64,000 bases of DNA from Dudresnaya verticillata (lineage: Eukaryota): contig OZ374560.1 in assembly GCA_977862235.1 (NCBI GenBank), positions 930,001 to 994,000 of the forward strand. The letters are read 5' to 3'. How positions within the stretch are numbered: the stretch's first letter is position 1; the number at the start of each line of letters is the position of its first letter. The notes under the pieces are model-generated. The model was not told the DNA's origin and did not search any database. It saw only the letters and a list, made by a program, of their open reading frames with translations. Made by a program: the position numbers and the translations under genes. Shown piece after piece: positions 1 through 13,230 of the stretch.

Positions 1-1586
1 AGCCTACATCTTGATACACTAGCACCTCTAGGCGTGTGTTTCTTCTTCACTTTCCACAATATATCATCAAGAAGAGCCTTGAATGTTTCCGAACACAGTC
101 GCCAGCCTGCGCTCATTCCGTTCCGCATGAACAGCGGTTTTTCCTGTGCTCGCATTCCAGATGTTCCCCAACTGCAGCATAACTCTGCAGAACAACCCAG
201 ACGTCGTCGATAGTACCCTCATCCGCGAAAGCATCAAAATAGCCACAAATCGATGTGGCGAAATCAGAAAGGCGAATAAATGCGTACAAGATGGCATCTC
301 TGCCGGTTGGTCGAAGTGAGATGCCATCTTATCCGTTTCATGAGAACTGGTGTTCAAGCGCTGCTCAGTAGAACCGAAAGCAATGAGTACCTCCATACTC
401 GCAAGATTCTTTGCAAGCGCATCAAACGCCGACTCCCTCAAAGCTCCAAAAAACCGCGAGCTGCTCAGGTAGTTCTTTACAGCAGGGGCTCCGTATAGGC
501 GCTTCGCGAAAAGAAGCGTTTAGGCGGTGTTTCTGGCAGCACCCATGGCATCTGCGAACGCCTGCACAGAATTAATGTAGTCCTCATGTGCAGCCTTCTC
601 GTTCTTCAGCCTGTACATCAGCTCCCCATTCTCTTCAACAGAGTGACGGTCCAGGGAGATACATCAACCTTGCCAGCTGCTTTCTGGATACAGGGCCATA
701 TGCTCCTGCTATCCATCGTTGAGATCTCAAACCTTCGTCGACGAAGGTTATCCTTCGCAGATACTGATGCTCAGAGCGTTAGCAACGTACGTTAGCCCGC
801 CCGCGGAGGCGGGCGGGTGGTGCAGTGGTTCACCGCTGCGCGGTAGATTCCGGGAAACCGAGTTCGACTCCCGCCAGGTCCCATGGTTCTACATTTTCAA
901 GTATTTTTCCCCACCGGGGTTGTTTGCCCATTCTTCTCATGGAGCCGGCTGGACTGCCTCCAGATTACGGGTGTAAACCCGTCAGTAGATAGCTGGTTGG
1001 TAGGGCGTGTGCCTGCATATGGGCCTTAGTCGCCCGCGCAACTGCGCACGTTAAAGACGCAATAGAAGTACAACATCACGTTAGGTTGACAATTGTCACT
1101 CAGGATTAGGAAAGTGCTTCCTGGACGTACCTCCAGCGTAAAAATAGCTCGAGATAATCAGCTCCCGAAGCGAATCGGTAGAGTCATCGCACGTACGTCC
1201 GTGCACGAGAGGCCCTGGTTGATTTTGGTTTGCAGAAAATAAGGTTTCGGGACTGAATAACTGAGTGGCGTCGCCAGCTTGCTCTTCGATGACGACGAAA
1301 GCACTTCGCGGTATACCGCGGAATAACTTACTCGTTTGGACTTAATTCCAGATTCGCTTAAGCAGTTTGCAAACGCTTTTGCCGCACTTACCTCTTGTTG
1401 CCCCGGGGAAGGCAGGAATGCCTCGACCAATGTTGGTAGCACATGTGGTTGTACAGCTGCACTAGTGACTGGGCCGTAACTGCGTTTGCCGAAAAGACAA
1501 GGGTCGTTGCCGGCAGCAGCCAGCACTGACTGTGTGTACACACATCTAGCTGCGGCTGCAGGGTAGGCACGAAATGCGCGGAGCAC
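1..1586 (-). pseudogene. Decayed protein-coding sequence of unknown family, interrupted by a SINE-like insertion
   Basis: Protein-like minus-strand segments (1158-1586, 67-441 and in-between frames) broken by stops and frameshifts; no recognisable domain; may run off the window start. Confidence 0.25.
796..1077 (+). mobile_element. tRNA-derived SINE-like element, copy 1
   Basis: Pol III A-box-like TGGTGCAGTGG (818-828) and B-box-like GAGTTCGACTCC (860-871); flanked by direct repeat ACGTTAG (789-795, 1078-1084); homologous inverted copy at 6878-7173. Confidence 0.7.
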
Positions 1587-1660
1587 CTAGCTAGCTCGGA
1601 CACGGGTGCCGGTGGGCAAGGTTTGCAGATGACGACACGACTGCGCTGGCCTTACGGAGG

Positions 1661-1760
1661 GAGGGTGCGGTTGGAAGAGGGAGGTTGCGGTGGGAAGAGG
1701 GAGGGTGCAGTCGGAAGAGGAAGGGTGCGGTCGGAAGAGGGAGGGTGGGTTTGGAAGAGG
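1661..1760. repeat. G-rich minisatellite, 5 x 20 bp (GAGGGTGCGGTYGGAAGAGG)
   Basis: Five units read directly, starting at 1661, 1681, 1701, 1721 and 1741. Confidence 0.9.
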
Positions 1761-2679
1761 GAGGGAGGGGCGTGCCAGTTGCAGCTGAATTTGATCATGG
1801 ATCAAGGGAAGAAATGGTGTCGGATTGAAAGGTTTCCCGGGCCACTGGTCAGTGGACTACGAGCGGGCCACCAACCGTCGCGACGTATCACGTCGGTCAC
1901 AGGTATCGATAAGCAGCAATCGTCGATACCCTCCGGTGTTGTGAATTCAATGAACCACGGCGCGAAAAAGCGGAAGCACACTATCTGGTAGAAATGATTC
2001 GCTGTGAAAGCGCTTCAGACCCGCATTGGCCCTGTCAATGGCTTACATTGGTGCTGACAGGGGGATACAGTCTGACTGTCATGAACCGTCCGTACGTGAT
2101 GCCATCAATGACTCAATCGTGCCACCTCGACAGGAGTGAGATGGCAAAAGCATCTACGGGTGGTTGCAAAATAGCTCCTCGCCTACAATTCAATGACGCT
2201 GTAGCATATATTGTGTGTTCATGCCTGGAGCATGCGTAAGCTTACTCAGCTAGCTCAGTAGGCCATTTCGAACCACGCTACCTGAAAAGGAACGGAATAA
2301 ATAAAGAAAAGTCTTAAATGGGGGTGTTCCAGCACTGTTTTATACTACTTGGGTGCTTTACACAAAGCTAGTAACCATTTTTCGGTCCCTTTATATCTAT
2401 TAGAGTCCTTTCCGTGTTTTTGAGCTCAAAATGTCCCATATATCCAAAGCTGCTGCTTGCTATAATTTAAAAGTCATTACATGTATAAAACTGCCCTTTG
2501 CAAACATTTTATGGCTCGAACGAACCTGCCAGAAGCATCCCAAACCACATGAAACAACTCCTAATCATTTAGGGAACCTAAAACAAATGACTTCCGTCCA
2601 CTATTTCACGGCTTATCTGAGAGTTTGTACTTTAGGTTACAATTCGTTGTCCTGCTACTTTCTGACAAACGTACCATTC

Positions 2680-3544
2680 TGTGGTGCAAGGGGAGGACTG
2701 CCCCTTTTTCGCTGTGAGCGTATTATATGCCAACGTCTACCGACGGCACGTCAACCGCCGTTGTCGCGCGAACACGTCATGGACGATTGGCCCACGGGCA
2801 TACGGCCGCCGTTACCCCGCGCGGCGCGGCGCACGCGCACACTGTACCGCCAGATCCGGATGCATCATCCCGATCGGCCAGGCGCAAGGCGCACGCCTGT
2901 AAGCTTGGCCTGGATCCGGATCGGATCCGGATGGGACATCGGGATCCGGCATCGGGATCCACAGTGATGTAGGGAGCGCGCCTGTAATGGCCGCGCACCA
3001 GCAATGCTGGCGGGGATCTGGATCCGAATCCGGGTCACCCGCACTGCTACACGCATGCGCGTGTAAGTCACCCATTACTCGCACGCACGCCTGTAAGCTA
3101 CTCCTGAGCTCCTGCGTACGCGGCTGCATGGCGACGACGACGTGTCAGACACTCGACGGCGCGACACGCGTCCTGAGTTCCCGCGCACCGCGCCCGCCGC
3201 CGTCGCTCACGTAGTATATTAGGTAATCCGTCTGAGACGCTGATTAAACCCCGGACAAGCCGGCCTTGGTCCAGACTTCCCCGTTCCGCACGCGCGTACC
3301 CTACCGTTGCCTACGGCTCAAGCGTCTACCTCCCGTGCTTCCACATCTATCACCGTCCTTGACGTGTTTCCTTTCTGTTCCCTTTTTCCTTCCTTTCCGC
3401 CTCGGGCGTCTACAGTCCGCCCAAGGCGTGTCCTCTGCTCTACCACAAGCCGCCCAAGGCGAGGCTACTCACGGCCACGGGCGCAGCTACCCACCGAGTC
3501 CCGAACTGCTCGGTGGTGTACCGTCTTCAGACGTTTGCACCACA
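2680..3544 (+). mobile_element. Solo LTR, family A (865 bp)
   Basis: TGTGGTGCAA...TTGCACCACA termini; 5-bp TSD CATTC (2675-2679, 3545-3549); relatives at ~13230-13885 and 40478-41375. Confidence 0.9.
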
Positions 3545-4615
3545 CATTCTTTACGATATGTTTTGAGACACGATCTAAAAGGCTGTACAGTACTTCCGTA
3601 CAACCTATCGAGTGACTTTGCCACGCTTGTTTTATCAGTAAAAGCTTGCTTTGGTCTTCTCGTGTACTTGAATGTCTGCACATGGTGCAGAGGCACGGCA
3701 GCACGAAAACGTACCTCTAGGGACTTGTTTATCTTACTTTAAGCTACCATTACATGACAGACTATGACTAGAGGCCGCCTACTGGTCTGTATTGGCCTTT
3801 GATTGCTTTGAAACGGACATTAGAGTACTTGGAACCTGGTTTACTATAGACCTGATGAGCTCATTCCAGAATGCGACCGCAATCTGATTTGAGTGAATCC
3901 GGATTCGGCCCTTTTGCACTCCCCACTGCAGTGTTTCCTGAAGGAAAATGTTCCTTCAGCAAACAGCCTTTGCAACCCGACACTCACCGGCACGCACGCA
4001 CACTACCAAGACCTGAATTCAGTGGAAAAGTCTATCCAGCTGCTCTGCTTCTTTCTGTACATTTTACTCTGCAACTCATTCATTCTGCTTCGACCTATTG
4101 TCGCTATGTCAATTGCAACTCGCTACATAAATCGATGCTTCAATCGATCGCTTCGGAAGCCAACTGGCATTGGTCTCAATGCTACTCATTTTTCTGCAAA
4201 CCATTATACCTGCTCATACTGCACGTAGGATACCTGCTCTTGCTACATGGAGCGTTCGCATCGCGATGCACACATGTATATATCTGGCTTCAGAAACAAT
4301 TGTGGACACCTTTGTGTGTCTAGCCATTTTGTTGACTGTTCGAACCAAGCCTCCTGCCTCCCAACTGCATCGGTTGCAGTAGTACGTTGCAGAACCCACA
4401 TTTACGGTGCGTTGCGCATTCCCAATGAGTTCTCATGAAACACTTTTCGCATTCCCCGAACGCGCACTGGCTTTGAACTGCATAGACGTATCACTACTAT
4501 ACTTGCAAAGGCATCTAATCTTGCAGATGATAATGCGAGTGGCACCTGTAGTGGTATGATGGAGTACACGGTAGTTTGCAGCTGCCTTTGAAGCCTCCCA
4601 CCTATCAATACCTGT

Positions 4616-6180
4616 TTACCCTTCGGAGTCGGAGTCCGAACGTCCTGGAATGTCCTTCAGCGGGTCAAATCCCTCTTCAAACACAGCTTTTCGTGGCTTA
4701 GGTTTTCGGCTGCTCCCAGACCGAGAAGCCGTTGGCGGTTCCACAGCTGTAGCGAGCCTAGGATCGCTTGTCCCGCGGGACAGGGTCTGCGGGACCTGTG
4801 GCAAAGGAAACTCTTCACCAGTGGTTGTTACCGGGTGCGAAGCGATGCGTTCGTCACCATGGCGAGGTGCACCTACGATAGGGTCCGTTTTTGTCGATTC
4901 TTGAGAAGTGTCCCGGTCCGCTGCAGACGGACGAGCTACTTCGTCTGTGTCTATAGGGGCGCGGGTGCGTGGTGTCAGACTGGCAGCGTCAAGAGGGGAA
5001 CCTAGTTGTAGGTCGTGCGCATGTCCTTTTCCGCTCGCAATGCCGCAGTTGCCAGACACCCTTCGTTACTTAATCAATTTATGAATACCCGCAGGTTCGG
5101 AACGCACCACCACAGTTGCACCAGTACGTTGATCCGCGCAAGTTAACTTGGTGAGAGGTTGTTGCGGTTCTGCATGCACAATACCAAAATTATATTCACC
5201 AGCATCAGCATCTGTACGACCCGATGGTACCTCAATAACGGAAGATGAAACTATAGGTGGCGTCGGGGGGCGATTATGGAGGGTAGATGCCGGACGAGTC
5301 TCCCCCCGCTTGGTACTATTACGCAGGCATTTCTAAACCTCGGGATTCTGCATGAAGTAGTCAATTGGCCCTTTTTCAAATGCTTCCTCTCGTGAGGAGA
5401 AGGCTGTAAGAATTAAGGTCACCCTTTCCTTACCTGTCACAATACGTATCAGCCTCGTAGGGGAAAGAAGTGCTGCCGAGGAGTTGTTAAATGTCTGCCC
5501 ACATTTTATCGTGCGCCTCATCCACCCGGGCGTGAACTTCTTGTAGTTCATCTGAACACCAGAAGTCCAGCCGTCCCTCACTGCTTTTCGGAAGGCTTCT
5601 GTGAACAGCTTTTCGTACAGGGCGGGCCTGGTATCACAGGATAGAGCCAGAAACTGTTCTGCTACCCTGGGTTCAATATTAAGAACCTGCTCCGACTTCT
5701 CTCCGGTAACTTCTCCGCCTGGATACCATTCCGGTATCAAGTGGTTGCGCATCCCATCTGAAACATCTGTAGTTGTTGGTGTGTTAAAACGCCGCTTTGT
5801 TTGGTTTTCAAAACGTGTTGAGGTACCTGCAGTTAGCGTTGTGCTACTGTTTCGCTCAACTGAAGTACGTTCTCCTTGAATTGAAGGAGGTCCTGTTGGT
5901 ACCGTGTTTGTATTGGGATTTGCAGAAAAAGAGCTATAGAAGACGCCAAATATTGACTCTCCAGATCGTGATCCTGCGTGAAAGATACTGACCTTGAATG
6001 TATCACTGTGAACTCGTTTCCAATCTCGCTTGCCTTCTTCTCCCTGCGAAGATGAAGCCGTAAATTTGGATTTCGAGCCTCAACTTCCTGCGCTATGGCT
6101 ACAAGCGAGTCCATAGAGCTTTCAATAACATGCTCTGGGGCATCAGAGTTTGACGGAGGAAGATTGCTCATCACTTCCAC
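4616..6180 (-). pseudogene. Fragmented ORF(s) of unknown function, divergent from the KDZ-like transposase
   Basis: Co-oriented protein-like ORFs 5833-6180, 5333-5752 and 4616-5059; no domain recognised. Confidence 0.25.
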
Positions 6181-6877
6181 GAGTTAGTAGCGCAGTACGG
6201 AAGAATAAGGTGGATTCGCAGATAATATAGATGGCAGAACAAGACAGCAGCTACACTCAGAAACTGCAGTTGTGATGAAAAGCGAGTACTCTCGATCTAG
6301 GAACCTCAACTCCGGTGCGCTACCAGCAAATTCCGTTCCTGTAAAATATCAAGGCAACGGAAAGAGGCTGGTACGATTCACGGACCAGTCGGGATCAAAG
6401 TCATTTTCCCACCAAAACGTCGCGTGTGCTCACATGTGATTTTCAATTTAGGACACATTGGGGGTAGGTTTGGAGCGCCCCCGGTACGCTTCACCTATAC
6501 CCATTGCGACGTCGCACATTATTGTGAGAACCTTCTCCAACTTCGAACATACGTCAGTGCTCTTCGGTCCTATCTTTAACTTTATCTTGGTTCTACAGCT
6601 GCAAATGCATGTGCAGCACTAGCGCGACCAGGCGGGCATTTATACAAAAACATTCTCGATTCTAGAGAATTCTCGAGTTATCAAGTTAACTTCTGGTTGA
6701 GGCCCAGCTTGTCGAGACCTCTTTTCTGCAAACTCTGTTCTACAACGCGCTACCTAGCTCTCGAACAATGACGGCAGGGAAAGCGATTTGGATATTCCCA
6801 GCTGATGGGAGCAGTAAGGCTAAAGTCTTGCGCTCTACCAGAGATGGAACAGTTTTTAGAACACAACTAACAGACGT

Positions 6878-7173
6878 GATGTTGTACTTTATTGCATCTT
6901 TAACGTGCGCGGTTGCGCGGGCGACTAGGGCCCATTTGCAGGCACACGCCCTACCAACAGATATCTACTGTATGGTACACTAGACGGACTTACACCCGTA
7001 ATCTGGAGCAGTCCAGCCGGCTCCATGAGAAGAATGGGCAAACAACCCCAGTGGGGAAAAATCCTTGAGAAAATTGTAGAACCATGGGACCTGGCGGGAG
7101 TCGAACTCGGTTTCCCGGAATCAACGGCGCAGCGGTGAACCACTGCACCACCCGTCCGCCTCCGCGGGCGAGT
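6878..7173 (-). mobile_element. tRNA-derived SINE-like element, copy 2
   Basis: Reverse-complement homolog of 796-1077 with A/B boxes; flanked by GACGT (6873-6877, 7174-7178). Confidence 0.7.
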
Positions 7174-7299
7174 GACGTGGAGTTGCGCAGGGCGGGTCTC
7201 ACGCAGTTTTGCGGTGGAGTCGTCTCGAACATAGCCCTGCAGTCTGGGACTGTCCGCCTTAAATTCAAGACCACGACTACTCCAAAGCCCATTGGTAAT

Positions 7300-10200
7300 G
7301 GAGAAGAAGATTTAATACAGCCTCCCAGTGCTCCGGAATATCCTCAGCACGGTATCGTTCCCTATGCTGAATCTGCTCGCCGCATATCTCGGGTGAGATC
7401 ACAACCGCATGGGCAGACGCTCGCGCCGCAATTCAGATTTAGTGAACAACAGATGATGGAGAAAGTGATGAGCTACTGCATACGATACTTTCTATGGCTT
7501 GCTCTTCCAAACAGAGATGGTGCAACGATGAGACTATTGCACAGTCAGTTTGAAAGGGGGACCTGGCCGTAATGAGCATTATGGATGAGATTGGAGGAGT
7601 GCGGACGCTATTGTTCGGTGTTTTATGGCAGGTTATGAAGAAACCGGCTAGACCCATTTTCATAACAGTGCAAAAGGTTCGAAGTGTTCCGTTGGCAGTC
7701 ACTTGCACCTGCGATTCAATGGCGACAACATATGCAATATTCCAGCCAGAGTGTGTTGGTGACTTGGAATTTAAGTGCAACCACTCAAGGGCTTGCCTCA
7801 GCAAAGCCTCGCTTTATCGACTATTCCATTCTGTACTTGCCAATGATGATAAAATGGAACAATATTCCAGTGTACTGGCCGGCAGTGATGGAATGAACCC
7901 AGTCACTCAACTTTTGCGTAGGTCAGCTCCATGGGCCAGGCAGCATGACGACGAAAGAGTCCGGCCTGCTTGGTCATTTTCGGTAACTTATGACTGAAGC
8001 CATCATTTGTTCGTACCTCTTCTGAAAGAAAGGGAAAACCCATCCGCTGTTTTAGGTGCAGGGGTTCTACGAATAGACGCGTGGCTTGCACTCACGAAAA
8101 CTCATGCAACTCTGCCTCCCAAAATTCTACGGGGAGAGTATCGCAATTGATTCTTCTTCTGCAAATCAAAATATTAAGAGCCATGCAAGACCCTCTTGGC
8201 TCACTATGGATGGATACCAAATGAAGTACGCTTGAACGAAAACCGTTCGTCCAGTACTTCCCTTTCTTGGCGAGCTGAGGTCCGTGCAAAACTATCGGCA
8301 TGCTTACAGGTTGCTAGAATAATTGAAGGGAGCTTACCCTATCTTGAGGATGAGGAATTGTCTTGCAAGAGCTGTGACAACATTAGCACGGCCATACCCA
8401 CGAGCAAAAGGTTGCGGAAGATCCACTTGCACACATTGACAAGAGTAAAAGTCCTTGTCAATATCGCAGACTGGCTGTGAACCCACTTCAGGGAGCTGAG
8501 TTACTGCACTGGAACCTGGCATGCGGTCTTCATGTTTCGCAGAGATTCCGCGTTCAGCACATCTCTACTTTATTCCCTAGTGGAAGCCACTGCTCAGCAT
8601 GGAGTTGCAATGCGATCATCGTACGGACTCACAAAGTCTTTAGTTCGAGTCATGTTGAATGAGGAACCACTATTCATAATGAATGAAACGTTAAGTCATT
8701 CTTCAGCAATACGAGAGCGAGTGAATGAAGCTTTCCGCCTCTTTCTAACAACATTTGATATGGATGACGATGAATTTGTAAAGAAAGTATTTGCTTGCGA
8801 CGCATGCGAGGTTCCCGTCACCGATGAGGATCCCTGAACACTGGGACTAAAGCCAGACGCAGATATGTCTAGCCTGAAGCGGTTCAAGGTAATCGTAATT
8901 GATGGTACATCCGCCGGAATTGTCGGCAAGCTACCTCCTTACGAAAGGATGTACCAAATAGTCCGTAGACCAAAACGTTCCATAAAATACGGAATGCTGC
9001 GAATAACAGATCACCGAAAGGCGCTCAATACCTTTCTGGAAAAAGGTAGAGAGGCATTGAAGCACCATGATAGCGCATCAGCGTTTAAAATACCACTGAG
9101 ACCACATAGGCCCGCGGACCACCGCGGTGGTCTGTCTGCTCGAAGTGTGGACATTCTGCAAAACTATATGGATGATGAAGTTTGTTACTGCAACACCAGT
9201 GACGGAGAAGGGGGAAATCACTCTGTACAATGCGTAGAAAAAAGGGTTACTTGTGACCCTGAATGCGAAGAATTGTCGCTTGCTATTCGTGCGTTGTTCA
9301 AGTTGCGACGGGAAAATTCTGCCTCTCAAACAAATGGTGAGGTGCGCAACTCCAGTATTGAATCTGCTACCTTGGAAAACACAAACGGAGAACAACGCGA
9401 TTCTGATTCTTCTCAAAGTGAACCGTCGACCACTTCTAGGCAGGTATTTCATTGGGTTGCTGAACTGCAAGAAGCGTTTGACATGAGCACTGAACTCTCA
9501 CTAATAGACTCAGCACTCGAACTCATCGGGTTCTGTGCGTTTTCAAACGCAGCCGCAGTTTACCTAGCTCCTACGAGGGTATCGCATGTAGGCATAGCTC
9601 TTGGGCCATCAAACGAGGCAGATAGCAGTTCTGCTTCACGTGAGAGAATTAACGAAATGCGCGAGTTCTCCTCAGAGGAGGAATCTGATCCATGCAGCAG
9701 GTTCCGGAATCCAGGCACATCGCGAACTGTGTGAGGCACTTTTGCGTATTGGATCCTGCATAAGCCAAACCTATTGTGACTGACTGTACAGTTTACGAAT
9801 CAAGGCCGTAAATGTTCAGACAACGAATCCAATCCTTTTCAACTTTTGCTCCGCATGGTTCTTTTGCACTGCCAACCACAGTGCCGCTGTCCTTAGGCTC
9901 GTAAAAGTGATTGCGGATGTGGTTATTACCCAGTATGCTTCCGTGGTAAAATACCTTCGGGAGTTGTCCAGAAAAATCTCGGCTGAAAGCAAACAATACG
10001 CTAAGGACTTTATGAACACGTTGCCCGACGAGATCCCAAATAGTCGTTGCGTGAGCAAGCAAACTGGAATATGCTTCCCGGGAAGATCTGCATATAGGCC
10101 CAGCATCATATTCGATAAGCTTGAAAAGTACTATTTACGACAGGAATATGTTCGAAGTGAATACCATACTCCAGGGCTTCTTATCGTGATGTGTTTATGT

Positions 10201-10771
10201 GATAAACGCAAGCTAATCGGGTATGTTATGATGACGAGAGTTGAATCAACTGCAATGGCTCTATCCAGAGTTCCTACCCACTTCCGAATTCCTCCTAGGA
10301 CGGTGTACTACGATAATGGGTGTAACCTTATAGCTTCAACTGTTTTGGGCACACCATGGCTTCTACACCTCACCCAAATCATGGTCGACAGGTTCCATTA
10401 AAAAGGACACACTTGCTCCAGAATATTCGAAGCAGACATATACGAAACGCTTGATGGTCATCGCTCTAATGCTGCTGAGTCCTTCAACAATCGCATTGTG
10501 AAAACGACATACTTTTCTCGGTATCTACAAGGTTGGAATCTCACACGTATGAAGGGTACCCTTCATGACCGCACGTTTTGCAGTTCTCAGCATCGCAACG
10601 AAATACAGGGAAATGTTTCAGAAGGATGACGCAGAATCCGAAGACCTTGCCAAGTTCCTTCGAACAGAGCGAGATATAGAATGTCATTGCTTAGCTTGTG
10701 ACAGCCTACTACAGGAGGCAGTAGATAATGCAGAAAATGTCGTAGATGTAGACAGTGCTTCAGCAGAATGA
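7300..10771 (+). pseudogene. Decayed KDZ (Kyakuja-Dileera-Zisupton)/CxC-type transposase with SWIM-like and CxC motifs
   Basis: Ordered motifs across broken ORFs: TCTC..KCNH (SWIM-like), FACDACE..VIVIDGT, TGICFP..HTPGLLIVMCLC..GYVMM..ES, VYYDNGCNL, VDRFH*KGHTC, SNAAESFN; multiple stops and frameshifts; start approximate. Confidence 0.75.
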
Positions 10772-11966
10772 GTAAATGATTTGCAGAGAAATAAATTGCT
10801 TAACGCAGCAAGTGTCGTATGGTACCGGGTTTTGGTTGATGTTGCAACGACGTTGAAAATGTTTCGAACAAATGTTTCCTGAGAAAGGCGCAACTTCAGA
10901 CGTTGAGAATTTGTGCTGTGGGGATTGCTGAGTAAAATGTTGTATCCACCCAGCCATGACAGTTTCCTCAAATCTCTTTCCCATTGCAAAGCGTTTCTTT
11001 AGAATTCACAGTTGTGAATAATGGTCCAACAGTAGCAGATAAGCAGAGACGTAGAGCGGTTGTTGATATCCAACACACGGCATAGACGGAGCAGTAGGAT
11101 ACGGAGAAAGCCCAAGAAAAGTAACGGTGTGGTTGTAGAGAAGTAAAGACAGGGTAATGGAGGCTTAGGAAAGCAAAGAGGGCAGCTGCAAGGTCGAGGC
11201 AGTGGCAGGAAGGTGCAGTGTCCGGAAGGCGGAGGCGGCGACAGCGACGGGAAGACCAGGGAGTGCAGGTGCAGCAAAAAAGAGGGTGTCCGGGTGGTGG
11301 CCCCAGGGGTGCGAGAAGCGGGTGGCTGTAGGTGGGTATAGCTGAGTATGAGCTACGCGCCGTGGGCGTCGTTTTGGCGCCGGTCGGGGCTGCAATGAAT
11401 GGGCCGAGGGCAAGGCAGGGGCCCCCGTCGGGTAGGCCCTCGGTCACCCAGCCTAGACCCCGCAGTGCCCTTCTGGATTTACAGTACACGTGTGCCAGTG
11501 GCACGCGTGGCTTCGAGTAGCACGGTAACGCCCAGAACGACCCCGTAAAGCCGTACAGCTCCTGAACGCAGCTGTGGGCGGGCTGGCAGCGACGGCGTGC
11601 CCATACAGGCTCAAAACGCCGTGCAGAAAGCCGTACAGTTCCATCATATGCACGTTCCGTACAGCATGTCAGTCTATATTGCTCCTTTTCTTTTTTCAAT
11701 GCAATACTGCACGGTCCTTCTACATCATATATGAGGACATACAATTTTTCCTACTTTCCCTATTCGCCCAGACCCATCGCCACACCATGGCGTATGCATA
11801 CTTCCATGGAGCGGGCTTGCGCGGGCAGTAAACGTGTCAGATGTGACCGGCATGACAACGGTGACGAAGAAAATGGCGGGCTAATCCCGCGGCCGCCATC
11901 CGCGGCTGATGATTCCGCGACGCGGCGGCGCTGCGGAAAAAGACCCTGATATGCCCCCTCCCCCAC

Positions 11967-13230
11967 TGTAGCATAGCTGTCAGCACACTATCAGCAGCTG
12001 CTGTACGGTATGGCGGCAGCCCGTACTGTAATGCTGCACACGATGACGCCCGCTGGCGAGTCATGGTTGGGCAGCGTGCCCTTAGTTCTTTCGTTGATTT
12101 AGTAGCGTTCGACGCATTGCTGCCGGCAGCGGCCGCACGCCGTGCCGCACACGGCGCGCCCAAGTGACGTTCTCCGGCATCGAGCCGTTGAGAGGACCGC
12201 TGCCCGCTACGCCCCGCGCGCGCCCACGGGTAGCCGTTACCCGGACGTGTCGACACGTGTATGGGCGCGCTCGCACACCTCCCGCGTTGGTGTTGTGGGG
12301 CGCACCTACTGTAGAATAGCCGTAGTGTACATAGCGTAGGGTATTTGAGGCCGTCTGCCATCGACGGCTCAGTAATCCGGGCAAGCAACAGCTCACGCTG
12401 AAGCTTGCCCCCATCCTCTTCGGGTTCGATCCCTTTGCCTTACGCCAGCGGGCGGTTCCCCTTTTCTCCCTTGCCTCGCTAGGCTTTTCACCTTTCCTTT
12501 TCCTTTCCATCGGCTTCGTGCCGCCCTTCGACAGGGATGCTGGGATCCGGCCGCTGCCTACCCGCGTCGGTACGCCCCGTGCGCGCTCCGGCATCGACGC
12601 CGTCGATTCGCACCTGCGGGGCGCACGCGGTCGACACCGCTCTACCACACACAACAGCTACCCATCGACGGGTCTGTATGGCGGCTTCGGACCACCGAGT
12701 ATCAGACGTCGGATCGACCCGAAGTCTATACTACACTGGTCTCCCGACCTAGAAGTCGCCGAGACACTAGCACTTATAGCATCGACGCGATCGAAGTGAA
12801 GGAAGTCGAGTCCTCCTGATCCGGCCGCTGCCGCTTCGGCCGCTGCCGTTAACGTTGAGGAATCGACGCGTCGCACCTCAATACTGAGTACCATCGGCGT
12901 CTCAGGTAGTCCTCTACAGGACGTGAGGCTCGAGCGGAGGGCCACGCTGCAAAAAGCCCTCGCCGGGAATCTGGTCTCGGTGGCCGGCCTCCTGTACGAG
13001 GAGGCCATGGACTCGCTAGCCGAAGTGTACGACCACCTCACAGCTTCGATAGCTACAGCGAGGGCTGACGGCCAGCAAGACGTGCACACGCTTCGACGCG
13101 GTCCTTTGGCGTCCATTGAGGACGGAATAACCCGGTCACAGGGGCTCCTAGATGAGCTGCGCCGCCGCGTTTAGTTGATAGAGCGCGCGCCGACGCGGCA
13201 ACGCCAGCGGGCTACGGGCCCGTCGCCGGC
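11967..13230 (+). mobile_element. 5' LTR of family B (11967-12735), PBS and start of the internal (gag) region, truncated
   Basis: TGTAG...TACTACA termini; PBS TGGTCTCCCGACCTAGAA at 12737-12754; downstream sequence homologous to 24042-24510. Confidence 0.85.

Noticed and set aside
288..329. 13-bp inverted repeat as a terminator
   Set aside because: Eukaryotic decayed sequence; more likely a small template-switch event.
808..880. Functional tRNA gene
   Set aside because: A/B boxes are present, but I could not form a proper anticodon arm or T-stem, and it is fused to a repeated body.
1661..1760. CRISPR array or telomeric repeat
   Set aside because: Head-to-tail 20-mers without spacers in a eukaryotic context; an ordinary minisatellite.
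796..7173. Inverted ~285-bp repeats as TIRs of one 6.4-kb DNA transposon
   Set aside because: Each copy has its own flanking direct repeat and a tRNA-like head, so independent insertions fit better.
10968..11960. 258-aa ORF, solo LTR or KDZ terminus
   Set aside because: Non-protein-like translation; candidate TG..CA ends have no TSD; no matching TIR found.
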